A DNA stretch of 64,000 bases, taken from positions 1,440,001-1,504,000 of the forward strand of contig CAWBAN010000001.1 of NCBI GenBank assembly GCA_963786935.1, written 5' to 3'. The notes beneath the pieces are model-generated. The model saw only the letters and a list, made by a program, of their open reading frames with translations. It did no database searches and was not told the origin of the DNA. The translations under genes and the position numbers were made by a program. Source of the DNA: an uncultured bacterium. GTDB taxonomy: Bacteria > Krumholzibacteriota > Krumholzibacteriia > Krumholzibacteriales > Krumholzibacteriaceae. This document shows, piece by piece, positions 8,149 through 17,673 of this stretch. Every line of letters starts with the position of its first letter. Positions within the stretch are counted from its first letter, which is position 1.

Positions 8149-8165
8149 CGCGGCGGTCCGCCGCG
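8149..8165 (+). promoter_or_regulatory. Candidate SECIS hairpin 3
   Basis: CGCGGCG-gtc-CGCCGCG starting 12 nt after UGA 8134-8136; GGUC apex like the E. coli fdhF SECIS. Confidence 0.6.
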
Positions 8166-8177
8166 CGGAGAAACAGG

Positions 8178-8215
8178 AAGCCCGGGAGAACGGCGTTTCT
8201 CCCGGGCTTTTATTT
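8178..8215. terminator. Intrinsic terminator, likely bidirectional
   Basis: 13-bp stem AAGCCCGGGAGAA-cggcgt-TTCTCCCGGGCTT plus TTATTT, between the ArsR operon and the convergent tRNAs. Confidence 0.8.
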
Positions 8216-8216
8216 C

Positions 8217-8291
8217 TGGTAGCCCCTAGGGGAGTCGAACCCCTGATTCTTGGCTGAGAACCAAGCGTCCTAACCACTAGACTAAGGGGCC
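8217..8291 (-). tRNA. tRNA-Glu (CTC)
   Basis: GGCCCCTTAGTCTAGTGG...CTTGG-TTCTCAG-CCAAG...GGTTCGACTCC...GGGGCTACCA cloverleaf with encoded CCA. Confidence 0.95.
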
Positions 8292-8303
8292 ACCGTGTCG
8301 TTC

Positions 8304-8377
8304 TGGCTGGGGAGGAAGGAGTCGAACCCTCATTAACTGATCCAGAGTCAGGTGTCCTGCCATTAGACCACTCCCCA
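8304..8377 (-). tRNA. tRNA-Gln (CTG)
   Basis: TGGGGAGTGGTCTAATGGCAGGAC...CTCTGGA...GGTTCGACTCC...CCCCAGCCA. Confidence 0.95.
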
Positions 8378-8493
8378 ATAGCTTCAAGAAATTATATAAT
8401 ACGCAGTCGGAAATCAACCCCTCTTTTTGCCAGGCCCCGGTATTCCCGGGGGAGAATCCGCGAGCCCCCGGCGCGGCCGCACCCCCGCGGCGA

Positions 8494-10080
8494 TCAAGGA
8501 TCCATCTTCGCGCCGAGCGCCGCCGCCGCGCGGAGCCGCTCGATCGTTTTCGCTTTCCCGATGAGCGTGATCACCCAGAATATGTCCGGCGACACGGTCT
8601 TGCCGGTGAGCGCCACCCTGCTCGGGTGGATGAGCTCCCCCGCCTCGATCTGGAGGCGGTCGACGAGCGTCCGGAGCGTCTCCTCGACCGACGATCGGTC
8701 GAAGTACCGGAGCTTCTCGTACTCGTCGGCGAGGGCGGAGAGCCGCGCGCTCGCCTCCCTCGTCTTGAGATGGTTGTTCACCGCCGCCTCGTCGCGCGCG
8801 TAGTCGTCGCGGTAAAAATACCTCATGAGCTCGGGGACGTCCTTGAGCAGCTTGAGCCGGTTTCCGAGCGCGTCGATGATGAGGGCGAGCCGGGGAATCT
8901 CCTTCGCGTAGGCCCGCTCGCCCCCGTCGGGCGCCTCGGCCCGCACCGGCTCCTTGCCCGGAACGAGCTTCAGATCGACGGGCCGGGACAGGTCCACCTC
9001 GAACGACGGCGGCAGGAGCCCCTCCTCCTCGAGCACGCCGTACACGAGCTCGATCTTTTTCGCCTGCGTGAGCGACTTGAAATGCTCGGCGTTGATCCAT
9101 TCCATCTTGCCGAGATCGAACACCGCCGGATTGCTCGAGACCTTCTTGAGCGAAAACGCCTCGATGAGCGCCTTGAGGGTGAAGAGCTCGCGCTTGCCGT
9201 CGTACGACCAGCCGAGGAGCGCGAGGTAGTTGACCATCGCCTCGCTCAGGTAGTGCTGCTCGCGGTACGAATCGACCGAGGTCGCGCCGTGGCGCTTGCT
9301 GAGCCTCGTCTTGTCGTGACCGAGGATCATCGGCAGATGCGCGAACTTCGGGAGCCGGTATCCGAGCGCGTCGAAGAGGTGCACCTGCCGCGGCGTGTTG
9401 GATATGTGATCGTCGCCGCGGATCACGTGGCTGATCTTCATGTGCCCGTCATCGACGACGACGGCGTAGTTGTAAGTCGGCCGCCCGTCCGACTTGATGA
9501 GGACGAAGTCGTCGAGATCGGCGTTCGCGAAGCTGAAATCCCCCCTGATGACGTCCCGGAAGCGCACCGCTCCCTCGAGCGGCATCTTGAACCTGACCAC
9601 GAACGGGAGGTCGCGGACGAGCTTCTCCTCGACGACGTCCGGCGGGAGCTCCCGGCAGGTCATCGTGTATTTCGGGGGCAGCTTCTTCGCTTCCTGCTCC
9701 GCCCGCGCCGCGTCGAGCTCCTCGCTCGTGCAGAAGCATCGGTACGCCTTCCCCTCGCGCAGCAGCCGGTCGACCTCGGAATGATACAGAACGCTCCGCG
9801 CGGATTGAATGTACGGCCCGTACTCCCCGCCGGCGTCGGGACCCTCGTCCCACTCGAGGCCGAGCCACCGGAGCCCGCGGAGGATGCCCTCGTACGACTC
9901 GCGCGTCGACCGCGCCGCGTCGGTGTCCTCGATGCGGAGCACGAACACGCCTTGATTCCTGCGGGCGTAGAGGAAGTTGTAGAGCGCCGTCCGCGCCCCG
10001 CCGACATGGAGGTGCCCCGTCGGGCTCGGGGCGAACCGCACCCGCACGGCGTCGTCGCGCTGTTCGATCAGATTCATCAT
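8494..10080 (-). CDS. gltX: Glutamate--tRNA ligase
   Basis: RFAPSPTGHLHVGG, LRIEDTD, IRGDDH, RLSKRHG; followed by tRNA-Gln and tRNA-Glu. Confidence 0.97.
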   Translation of the reverse strand: MMNLIEQRDDAVRVRFAPSPTGHLHVGGARTALYNFLYARRNQGVFVLRIEDTDAARSTRESYEGILRGLRWLGLEWDEGPDAGGEYGPYIQSARSVLYHSEVDRLLREGKAYRCFCTSEELDAARAEQEAKKLPPKYTMTCRELPPDVVEEKLVRDLPFVVRFKMPLEGAVRFRDVIRGDFSFANADLDDFVLIKSDGRPTYNYAVVVDDGHMKISHVIRGDDHISNTPRQVHLFDALGYRLPKFAHLPMILGHDKTRLSKRHGATSVDSYREQHYLSEAMVNYLALLGWSYDGKRELFTLKALIEAFSLKKVSSNPAVFDLGKMEWINAEHFKSLTQAKKIELVYGVLEEEGLLPPSFEVDLSRPVDLKLVPGKEPVRAEAPDGGERAYAKEIPRLALIIDALGNRLKLLKDVPELMRYFYRDDYARDEAAVNNHLKTREASARLSALADEYEKLRYFDRSSVEETLRTLVDRLQIEAGELIHPSRVALTGKTVSPDIFWVITLIGKAKTIERLRAAAALGAKMDP

Positions 10081-10096
10081 GCTCCCGTTCCCGCCC

Positions 10097-10954
10097 CTAC
10101 CGGTCGATCCGTATCCGGTCGACGAGCGCGCCGTAATTGATGCCGAACGCCTTCGTGCTCGCCTCGTCGAGCGAGGCCCCCTCGCCGAGCCGGTCGAGGA
10201 AGGAAAGAACCTGCTCCATCGAATGCTGCTGGAGCAGATTCTCGAGCATCCGATAGGCGGAGAAATACGCGATCCGCGAATCCGCGCGGTCCGTTCCCTC
10301 CGCGATCGCGCGCTCGATCGCCTCGGGGGTCGGATTCATATTACGCCCCTCGTACTGGAACTCCGGCTGCTGGATCCTGAGAATCTCCTCTTCGCCGGCG
10401 ATGCGCGAGGCGAGCGCCTCCTTGAGCCAGTACGGAGACCTCCCTCCCGAACGGCGGTTGATCGCGACCTGCGCGATGCGGTTGGCGATCCCCTGCGCGG
10501 CGATCTGGCGCTTGATCAGGATGTCGAACGGCTCGAAGATGATCGTATCCCCCTTGATGAACCCGTAGTTCCACCATTCCTTGTGCGTCATGAGGAGGTA
10601 TTCGTCGAGATCGGCCGTGCCGACGAGCACGATCTTCCCCGCGGCGGGACGGGCGATCTCGTTCGTGACTTTCTCGTAGCTCCCCTTGGCGAAGCCGAAG
10701 ACCTTGACCGCGAGGTAGCGGGCAATGTCGGACGAGGGATAGCGAAGCTCGATCTGCGCGTTCGCCATGACGCCCCCGTTGACGACATGATAGTCGTCGA
10801 CGGTGAGATGATACCCCTCGATCGGGGCCAGGAGGGAATCGGGCACACGGAATTTCTCGGAGCTCTCCGTGCCGTTCTTATCGCCTTTCCCGCAGCCGGA
10901 TGCCGCCAGCAGCGCGCACAGCGCCGCGATCACCGTCGTTCTCCGCATCATCAT
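10097..10954 (-). CDS. Lipoprotein with peptidase-MA-like C-terminal region, no HExxH visible
   Basis: Lipobox LLAASGC; PYWLKEALA resembles the PxWxxEGxA of MA-like domains; ATGA overlap with ilvC stop. Confidence 0.6.
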   Translation of the reverse strand: MMMRRTTVIAALCALLAASGCGKGDKNGTESSEKFRVPDSLLAPIEGYHLTVDDYHVVNGGVMANAQIELRYPSSDIARYLAVKVFGFAKGSYEKVTNEIARPAAGKIVLVGTADLDEYLLMTHKEWWNYGFIKGDTIIFEPFDILIKRQIAAQGIANRIAQVAINRRSGGRSPYWLKEALASRIAGEEEILRIQQPEFQYEGRNMNPTPEAIERAIAEGTDRADSRIAYFSAYRMLENLLQQHSMEQVLSFLDRLGEGASLDEASTKAFGINYGALVDRIRIDR

Positions 10955-11982
10955 CCTTTCTTTGCTCGTCCGCGCGGCCGGCGCGCGGTGAACGAGCGTT
11001 TGCGTATTTCCGCGCCGACCGTTTCGATGAGAAGCCCTCGTTCGTTCTCCCGCAGCTTCCGGAACTCCCCGCGCCCCGCCTCGTTCTCGCGCAGCCAGGT
11101 CCGGGCGAACTCGCCGCTCTCGATCCGCTCGTAGAGCCGCTCCATCTTCCGCTCGACGCCCTCGTCGATGAGATCCTCGCCGAACTTGAGGCTCCCGTAC
11201 GCCGCGGTGCCGCTGATGACGTCCCGCATGCCCGCGAGCCCGAGGCGCGAAAACAGGTCGACGATGATCTTCACCTCGTGGAAACACTCGAAATACGCCA
11301 CCTCGGGGCTGTACCCCTTTTTCACGAGCACGTCGAAGGCGCGTTTCATGAGGGCGGTCACGCCGCCGCAGAGCACGGCCTGCTCGCCGAAAATATCGCT
11401 CACGGCCTCCTCGCGGAAGCTCGTCTCGTACGCGCCGGCGCGGAGGCACCCGAGCGCGCCCGCGACGGCGAGCGCGATCTTCTTCGCGTCCCCCGAGACG
11501 TCATGGCCGACGCCCACGAAGCACGGGAGCCCGCTCCCCTCGAGGTACGACTCGCGGAGCCTTCCCCCCTGCCCCTTCGGAGCGACGAGCAGACAATCGA
11601 ACGGGCCGGCCTCGATCTCGCCGAACGCGACGGCGAAGCCGTGCGCGAAGCACAGGGCCGCGCCGGGCCTGAGCGCGTCCCGGATCTCGTCGCGGTACAC
11701 CGCGCCCTGCGCCTCGTCGGGCAGCAGCACCATCAGGATGTCCGCCCGCCGGGCCGCTTCGGCGACGGTCGCGACCTCGAAACCGTCCTCCCGCGCGCTT
11801 TTCCAGCCGGCCTTTCCCTCGCGGGCGCCCACGATGACCCTGCAGCCGCTGTCGCGGAGATTCAGCGCTTGGGGACGCCCCTGGTTCCCGTATCCGGCGA
11901 CGGCGATCGTCCTGCCGGAGAGCGCGCCGGGGTCGGAGTCCTTTTCCATATATATGCGCACGCGATGCTCCGTTGTTCGCAT
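10951..11982 (-). CDS. ilvC: Ketol-acid reductoisomerase
   Basis: GYGNQG, LNLRDSG, FAHGF, APKG, SDIFGEQAVLCGG, AYFECFHE, ISGTAAYG. Confidence 0.95.
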   Translation of the reverse strand: MRTTEHRVRIYMEKDSDPGALSGRTIAVAGYGNQGRPQALNLRDSGCRVIVGAREGKAGWKSAREDGFEVATVAEAARRADILMVLLPDEAQGAVYRDEIRDALRPGAALCFAHGFAVAFGEIEAGPFDCLLVAPKGQGGRLRESYLEGSGLPCFVGVGHDVSGDAKKIALAVAGALGCLRAGAYETSFREEAVSDIFGEQAVLCGGVTALMKRAFDVLVKKGYSPEVAYFECFHEVKIIVDLFSRLGLAGMRDVISGTAAYGSLKFGEDLIDEGVERKMERLYERIESGEFARTWLRENEAGRGEFRKLRENERGLLIETVGAEIRKRSFTARRPRGRAKKG

Positions 11983-12099
11983 CTTGCGAATCAGTAAATA
12001 TTTATAACAGAATAGCGAACCGGTCGCAAGGGGGATGTGCCGGAACGGAGGCGCGCCGCCCGGGCGACGGCCCCCCTGATCAGGCGCGGAGCTTTTCCA

Positions 12100-12128
12100 T
12101 TGACAGAAGCGCTTTTTCACCTTAATTT
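12100..12128 (+). promoter_or_regulatory. Sigma70 promoter for tRNA-Met/tilS
   Basis: TTGACA (12100-12105), 17 nt, TAATTT. Confidence 0.55.
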
Positions 12129-12139
12129 GGGGCGGAAGT

Positions 12140-12215
12140 GGCGGTGTAGCTCAGCTGGTAGAGCAGGGGAATCATAATCTCTGTGTCCGGGGTTCGAGTC
12201 CCTGCACCGCCACCA
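12140..12215 (+). tRNA. tRNA with CAT anticodon, most likely elongator tRNA-Met
   Basis: GGCGGTGTAGCTCAGCTGGTAGAGCA...AATCATAAT...GGTTCGAGTCC...CCGCCACCA; paired G1-C72 argues against fMet, and G4/G5 argue against Ile2. Confidence 0.9.
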
Positions 12216-12263
12216 GATTTATATTCAGACCCTTACGCTCCGCATCTCAAAGTCAGCATTAAG

Positions 12264-13646
12264 ATGAGCTGCATCGAGAAGGTCAGGGATTACATCCGCG
12301 CCCGCCGCTTGATCGCGCCCGGCACGAGGGTGCTCGCGGCCGTTTCGGGCGGTCCCGATTCGATGGCGCTCATGGGGATTCTCTCGGATCTCGCCGCCGA
12401 GCTGCGCATCGAGCTCGCCGCCGCGCACTTCGACCATGGAATCCGCGCCGAGGCGGGCCGCGAGCGCTCGCTCGTCGAACGGGCGGCGCGCCGGCTGGAG
12501 ATTCCGCTGTTTCTGGGCTCGGGCAGCGTCCCCGCGGAGGCGCGCCGGTCGAAGAAGGGGATCGAGGAGACGGCGCGCATCCTCAGATACCGCTTTCTGG
12601 ACGAGACGGCGCGCGCCTGGAGCGCCGGCTCCGTCGCGCTCGGGCACAGCAGGGACGACCAGGTCGAAACGATCCTCCTCCATATTATCAGGGGCTCGGG
12701 GTGGCGCGGCCTCACGGGCATCTCTCCCCGGCGCGGGCTCTTCGTGCGACCGCTCCTCCCGTGCGGGCGGACGGAGCTCAGGGCGTACGCGAGAAGCCGC
12801 CGCATCCCGTATGCGATCGACCGGAGCAATCTGGATAACCGGTTCCTCCGCAACAGGATCAGGAACCGGCTCATCCCGTCACTGGAGCGGGGCTACAATC
12901 CCGCCGCGGCGGAGGCGCTGCTCCGCCTCGGCGAGAACATCGCCGAAGGATGGGAAGCCCTCGAGAAACCGCTTCTCGATCTCATCCCCCGCGCCGAGGC
13001 GTCCGGCGAGGTCGTCTTCCCGGTCGCGAAGATGGCGCCGCTGACCGATTTCCAGCTTTATCTGCTCCTCGATCTCGCGCTGCGCGAGCGCTTCGGCGTG
13101 ATGCAGGACGTCGAACGGGCGCACTTCGACGCCGCCAAGCGCCTGATCCGCGCGGGGCGCTCGGGCAGGCACGTGCGCTTCCCGCACGGAATCGCCGCTC
13201 GCATCGAGCACGGGAGCCTCGTCATCTCGAAAAGCGAGGCGCCCCGCCCGGCCCCGGGCGAGGTGATCATCGCCGGCCCCGGCACGCATCCGCTTCCCTG
13301 GTGGAATCTCTCGGCGGCGGTCGAGCGGACCGACGCGAGGCGCATCGATCCGCGGGGAAGCGCCGCGGAAGGTTTCTTCGCCGGCGTCGCATTTCCCGTT
13401 CGCGTCAGGGGAAAGCGACCGGGGGACCGAATCGTCCCGTTCGGCATGAAGGGGAGCAGGAAGCTGAGCGACCTGTTCATCGACCGCAAGGTGCCGCTCT
13501 CGCGGCGCGGCGCCATACCCGTGTTCGAGGACGCCCGGGGCGTTTTCTGGATTCCCGGCGTCGCCTCCGCTGAGCGGACGAGGATCACTCCGGGGGCGCG
13601 GCGCACACTCCGCATAAAACTTTTTTCGGAGGGCGGCAAAAAATGA
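12264..13646 (+). CDS. tilS: tRNA(Ile)-lysidine synthetase
   Basis: AVSGGPDSMAL, ARILRY, HSRDDQVET, RPLL, RNRIR, C-terminal RKLSDLFIDRKVP. Confidence 0.95.
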   Translation: MSCIEKVRDYIRARRLIAPGTRVLAAVSGGPDSMALMGILSDLAAELRIELAAAHFDHGIRAEAGRERSLVERAARRLEIPLFLGSGSVPAEARRSKKGIEETARILRYRFLDETARAWSAGSVALGHSRDDQVETILLHIIRGSGWRGLTGISPRRGLFVRPLLPCGRTELRAYARSRRIPYAIDRSNLDNRFLRNRIRNRLIPSLERGYNPAAAEALLRLGENIAEGWEALEKPLLDLIPRAEASGEVVFPVAKMAPLTDFQLYLLLDLALRERFGVMQDVERAHFDAAKRLIRAGRSGRHVRFPHGIAARIEHGSLVISKSEAPRPAPGEVIIAGPGTHPLPWWNLSAAVERTDARRIDPRGSAAEGFFAGVAFPVRVRGKRPGDRIVPFGMKGSRKLSDLFIDRKVPLSRRGAIPVFEDARGVFWIPGVASAERTRITPGARRTLRIKLFSEGGKK

Positions 13647-13726
13647 TGTCCTCGCGGGAGGCTTGTGATAAACTTCACGGATGAAAGCGGGTATCGTCCC
13701 TGGATCGAACACGGAAAGGCCGCGCG

Positions 13727-14338
13727 ATGCAGATCGGCAGAGTGCTCATAACGCGGGAAGAGATCGAAACGCGGGTCTGCGAGATCGCGGACCAGATCTC
13801 CGCGGATTACGCGGATAGGAATCCCGTTCTCATAAGCCTCCTCAAAGGAGGCTTTATTTTTCTCGCCGATCTCGTGCGGCATATCACGATCCCTCACGAA
13901 GTCGACTTCATCACCGTTCACAGCTACCGCGAGGGCTTCACGAGAAGCGAGCGGATCGAGATCCTGAACGATCTGAAGCGGAGCGTGAGCGACCGCGACG
14001 TCATCATCATCGAGGGAATCGTCGACACCGGCCACACGCTCTCCTTCCTCGAACGCATGCTCGAGGATCGCCGCGTGCGCAGCCTGCGCGTCTGCACGCT
14101 GCTGGACAAGCCGTCGTGCCGGGAGATCACCGTTCCCGTCGATTACGTCGGATTCAAGGTGCCCGACGTCTTCGTCGTCGGCTACGGCCTCGATTTCATG
14201 GAGCGGTTCAGGAATCTCTCCTACATCGCCGAGCTCACGGCCGCGCCTGTCGCCCCCGCCGCCGCCGCGCCCGAAACGAGCCATGCCGGCGCGGCTCCCG
14301 AAGCGAAGGAAGCCGGCACGGCGGCCGGGGCGAAATGA
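13727..14338 (+). CDS. hpt: Hypoxanthine phosphoribosyltransferase
   Basis: LKGGFIFLADL, IIEGIVDTGHTL, LLDKP, FVVGYGLD; tilS-hpt-ftsH synteny. Confidence 0.93.
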   Translation: MQIGRVLITREEIETRVCEIADQISADYADRNPVLISLLKGGFIFLADLVRHITIPHEVDFITVHSYREGFTRSERIEILNDLKRSVSDRDVIIIEGIVDTGHTLSFLERMLEDRRVRSLRVCTLLDKPSCREITVPVDYVGFKVPDVFVVGYGLDFMERFRNLSYIAELTAAPVAPAAAAPETSHAGAAPEAKEAGTAAGAK

Positions 14339-14349
14339 AATCCCCGTTA

Positions 14350-14378
14350 TGGACAAATCCACGCTTTTTCGTTATGTT
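14350..14378 (+). promoter_or_regulatory. Possible sigma70 promoter for ftsH
   Basis: TGGACA, 17 nt, TATGTT. Confidence 0.45.
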
Positions 14379-14383
14379 CCGGA

Positions 14384-16408
14384 TTGAGCCGGAAACGGAT
14401 TATTATGACGCAAGACAAGCGGGACAAGAGTAAGCCGCGCAAGGAGCAGCAGATGCCGAAGAAATGGCCTCCGTCCGGTTCCTTGCCGGGCCCCCAGCGG
14501 ACCTCGCGTTCGATGGCGCTCTGGGTGATGGTCCTCATCATCATGTTCATGGCCTACCTCCTGTTCAACTCGAACAAGGAGCGGGAGTGGACCCTCACCT
14601 ACACGCAGTTCATCAAGCAGGTCGAGAAGGGGAACGTCGCGCGCCTCAAGATCAAGGGGCTCGAGCTCCGGGGGAAGCTCGTCGGCGAGATCGTGATCCC
14701 CATGGGAAACGGCGACGCCACCATCTCGAGCTTCCGCGTCATCCTGCCGGCCGAGGATAAGGATCTCCCCGACAAGATCTGGGCGAAGAACCCCGACGCC
14801 CAGATCGAAGCGGAGTATCCGGGCAGCAGCGTCTGGGTGAAAGCGCTCGCCACGGCGCTCCCGCTCCTCGCGCTCTTCGTGCTCTGGATCATCCTCATGC
14901 GCCAGATGCAGTCGGGCGGCAACAAGGCGTTCTCGTTCGGCAAGAGCAAGGCGAAGATGATCGACGCCGGGCTTCCGCGCGTGACCTTCGCCGACGTCGC
15001 CGGCGCCGACGAGGCCAAGGAGGAGCTCCGCGAGATCATCGAATTCCTGCGCGATCCGAAAAAATTCCAGAAGCTCGGGGGACGGATTCCGAAGGGAGTC
15101 ATCCTCCTCGGACCGCCCGGCACCGGCAAGACGCTCCTCGCGAAGGCGGTCGCCGGAGAGGCGGGCGTGCCGTTCTTCAGCATGAGCGGCTCCGATTTCG
15201 TCGAGATGTTCGTCGGCGTCGGCGCGAGCCGCGTGCGCGACCTCTTCGACAAGGGAAAGAAGCACGCCCCCTGCATCCTCTTCATCGACGAGCTCGACGC
15301 GGTGGGCCGACACCGCGGCGCCGGGCTCGGGGGCGGGCACGACGAGCGCGAGCAGACGCTGAACCAGCTCCTCGTCGAGATGGACGGATTCGAGACCAAC
15401 GAGGGGGTCATCCTCCTCGCCGCGACGAACCGCCCCGACGTGCTCGATCCGGCGCTCCTGCGCCCCGGACGATTCGACCGCCGGGTCGTCGTCGACATGC
15501 CGGACCTCAAGGGGCGTCTCGGGATATTCAAGGTGCACACGCGCAAAGTGCCGCTCGCGGACGACGTCGATCTCGACACGCTCGCGCGCGGAACGCCCGG
15601 CTTTTCGGGCGCCGACATCGCCAACATGGTGAACGAGGCGGCGCTGCTGGCCGCGCGGCGCGACCGGGACAAGGTCATGATGGAGGATTTCGACGAGTCG
15701 AAGGACAAGGTCATGCTGGGACCCGAGCGCAAGAGCCGCATCATGAAGGAGGACGAACGGCGGATGAGCGCCTACCACGAGGCGGGGCACGCCGTCGTCG
15801 GCATGCACCTCGAGCACGCCGATCCGCTCCACAAGGTGAGCATCATCCCCCGCGGCCGGACGGGCGGCGTCACCTCGTTCCTCCCGACGGACGACCGGCA
15901 CGAGGTCTCGCGCGAATGGTGCATCGATTTCATCACGATATCGCTCGGCGGACGCGTCGCCGAGGAGCTCGTTCTCAGCCGGATCGGGACGGGGGCGCAG
16001 GAGGACATCAAGCAGGCCTCGCGCCTCGTCCGCAAGATGGTCATGCAGTGGGGCATGAGCAGCCACATGGGACCGATCGCGTACGGCGACCAGGACGAGC
16101 AGATCTTCCTCGGCAAGGAGATCGCCGTGCGGCGCGACTACAGCGAAGAAACCGCGCGCGAGATCGACAACGAGGTGCGCACGCTCATGAACGAATGCCA
16201 TGAACGGGCCCGGCGCCTCCTCGCGAAGCACCTGGACGATCTCCACAAGGTCGCCGCCGCGCTCCTCGAGCGCGAATCGCTCGACGCGGAGGACATCAGG
16301 ATCCTCCTCAACGACGGGACCCTGCCGCCGGCCAAGCGGAATTCGAATAACGGCGGCGCGGCGAAACCCGCATCCGGCGACGTCGCGCCGGACGGATCCG
16401 CCGCGTAG
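14384..16408 (+). CDS. ftsH: ATP-dependent zinc metalloprotease FtsH (true start probably slightly downstream)
   Basis: Two TM segments, [38 protein letters not shown]. Confidence 0.98.
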   Translation: MSRKRIIMTQDKRDKSKPRKEQQMPKKWPPSGSLPGPQRTSRSMALWVMVLIIMFMAYLLFNSNKEREWTLTYTQFIKQVEKGNVARLKIKGLELRGKLVGEIVIPMGNGDATISSFRVILPAEDKDLPDKIWAKNPDAQIEAEYPGSSVWVKALATALPLLALFVLWIILMRQMQSGGNKAFSFGKSKAKMIDAGLPRVTFADVAGADEAKEELREIIEFLRDPKKFQKLGGRIPKGVILLGPPGTGKTLLAKAVAGEAGVPFFSMSGSDFVEMFVGVGASRVRDLFDKGKKHAPCILFIDELDAVGRHRGAGLGGGHDEREQTLNQLLVEMDGFETNEGVILLAATNRPDVLDPALLRPGRFDRRVVVDMPDLKGRLGIFKVHTRKVPLADDVDLDTLARGTPGFSGADIANMVNEAALLAARRDRDKVMMEDFDESKDKVMLGPERKSRIMKEDERRMSAYHEAGHAVVGMHLEHADPLHKVSIIPRGRTGGVTSFLPTDDRHEVSREWCIDFITISLGGRVAEELVLSRIGTGAQEDIKQASRLVRKMVMQWGMSSHMGPIAYGDQDEQIFLGKEIAVRRDYSEETAREIDNEVRTLMNECHERARRLLAKHLDDLHKVAAALLERESLDAEDIRILLNDGTLPPAKRNSNNGGAAKPASGDVAPDGSAA

Positions 16409-16458
16409 CTCCCGCGCCGGACGGCGCCGCGGCGCCCTTCACGGACACGTATCGAATT

Positions 16459-17673
16459 ATGCGCTATCCTCTCCGTTTGATTTCTTCCCGCCCGAGAGGC
16501 GCCCTCGCGCGCGCCATGGCCGAAGCGGGCGTCGATCCGCACGGCGTGGCGATCATCGAGCGCAAGGCCGAGACGATCGTCGTGCGCGTCGATCGCGTCC
16601 CGGCGCCGGTTGCGAACATCATCAAACAGCAGCTCCTCTCGATGGGCGGGGACGCCGCGGTGCACCGGGACGCGATCACCGGGGGCCCGCCGCAGTCGAG
16701 CGTCTACATCGTCGCGGATCGCGCGAGGCTCGCGCAGCTTCCCGCGAAGCTCGCCCGGCAGCCCTTCGGCCTCGCCGAGCTCGGCGCCGGCATCGAGCGG
16801 CTGCTCGACGCGACGGAGCGGCCGCCGTCGAGCGTCCCCCTCCCCCGCGGATCGATCGATCTTGCGAACGGACCGGTCGTGACGGGCGTGCTCAACGTCA
16901 CCCCGGACAGCTTCTCCGACGGCGGCGCCTATCTCGATCCCGGCGCCGCCCGCGAGCGCTCACTCGAGATGATCGAGGAGGGGGCGCGCGTCATCGACAT
17001 CGGCGGCGAGTCGACCCGCCCCGGCGCCGCGGAGCTGGGCATCGAGACGGAGCTCGCCCGCGTGATGCCGGTGCTCAAGGCGCTCGGCGGCGCGATCTCC
17101 GTTCCCCTTTCCATCGACACGAGGCACGCGGCCGTCGCGCGGGCGGCGATCGACGCGGGGGCGTCGATCGTCAACGACGTCAGCGGCCTCCGCCACGACC
17201 CGGCCATGATCGACGCGGCGCGCGAATCGGGAGCCGCCGTCGTCGTCATGCATATGCTCGGGACGCCGGAGACGATGCAGGCGAATCCGAGCTACGCGGA
17301 CGTCACCGGCGAGATCATATCGTGGTTCGAGGGGCGGACGGCCGAGCTGGTCCGGGCCGGCATCGATCGCGCGAGGATCATCGTCGATCCGGGCATCGGC
17401 TTCGGAAAAAGGCTCGAGGACAACCTCGCGCTCTTGAACGAGCTCGGGGATTTCGCCGGCCTCGGGTTTCCCGTCATGGTCGGCTATTCGAGAAAGTCGT
17501 TCCTCGGGAAGATCACCGGCCGCGAGCCGTCGCGGCGGCTTCCGGGCGGGCTCGCCGCGCTCGCGAAGTGCGTCGCCGGCGGCGCGTCGTTCATCCGCGT
17601 CCACGACGTCGCGGAAACGGTCGATTTCCTGAAGGTCTGGAACACGATAGAAGGCGGGGAGGGCGGCCGATGA
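16459..17673 (+). CDS. folP: Dihydropteroate synthase with N-terminal extension
   Basis: NVTPDSFSDGG, DIGGESTRPG, DPGIGFGK, SRKSF, RVHDV. Confidence 0.95.
   Translation: MRYPLRLISSRPRGALARAMAEAGVDPHGVAIIERKAETIVVRVDRVPAPVANIIKQQLLSMGGDAAVHRDAITGGPPQSSVYIVADRARLAQLPAKLARQPFGLAELGAGIERLLDATERPPSSVPLPRGSIDLANGPVVTGVLNVTPDSFSDGGAYLDPGAARERSLEMIEEGARVIDIGGESTRPGAAELGIETELARVMPVLKALGGAISVPLSIDTRHAAVARAAIDAGASIVNDVSGLRHDPAMIDAARESGAAVVVMHMLGTPETMQANPSYADVTGEIISWFEGRTAELVRAGIDRARIIVDPGIGFGKRLEDNLALLNELGDFAGLGFPVMVGYSRKSFLGKITGREPSRRLPGGLAALAKCVAGGASFIRVHDVAETVDFLKVWNTIEGGEGGR

Noticed and set aside
8217..8377. tRNA genes as an island integration site
   Set aside because: I found no duplicated tRNA 3' end or integrase in the window.
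12140..12215. tRNA-CAT next to tilS as tRNA-Ile2, the TilS substrate
   Set aside because: The acceptor stem (GGCGG, G4/G5) resembles elongator tRNA-Met rather than Ile2 (C4/C5). An isotype-specific model would be needed to overturn this.
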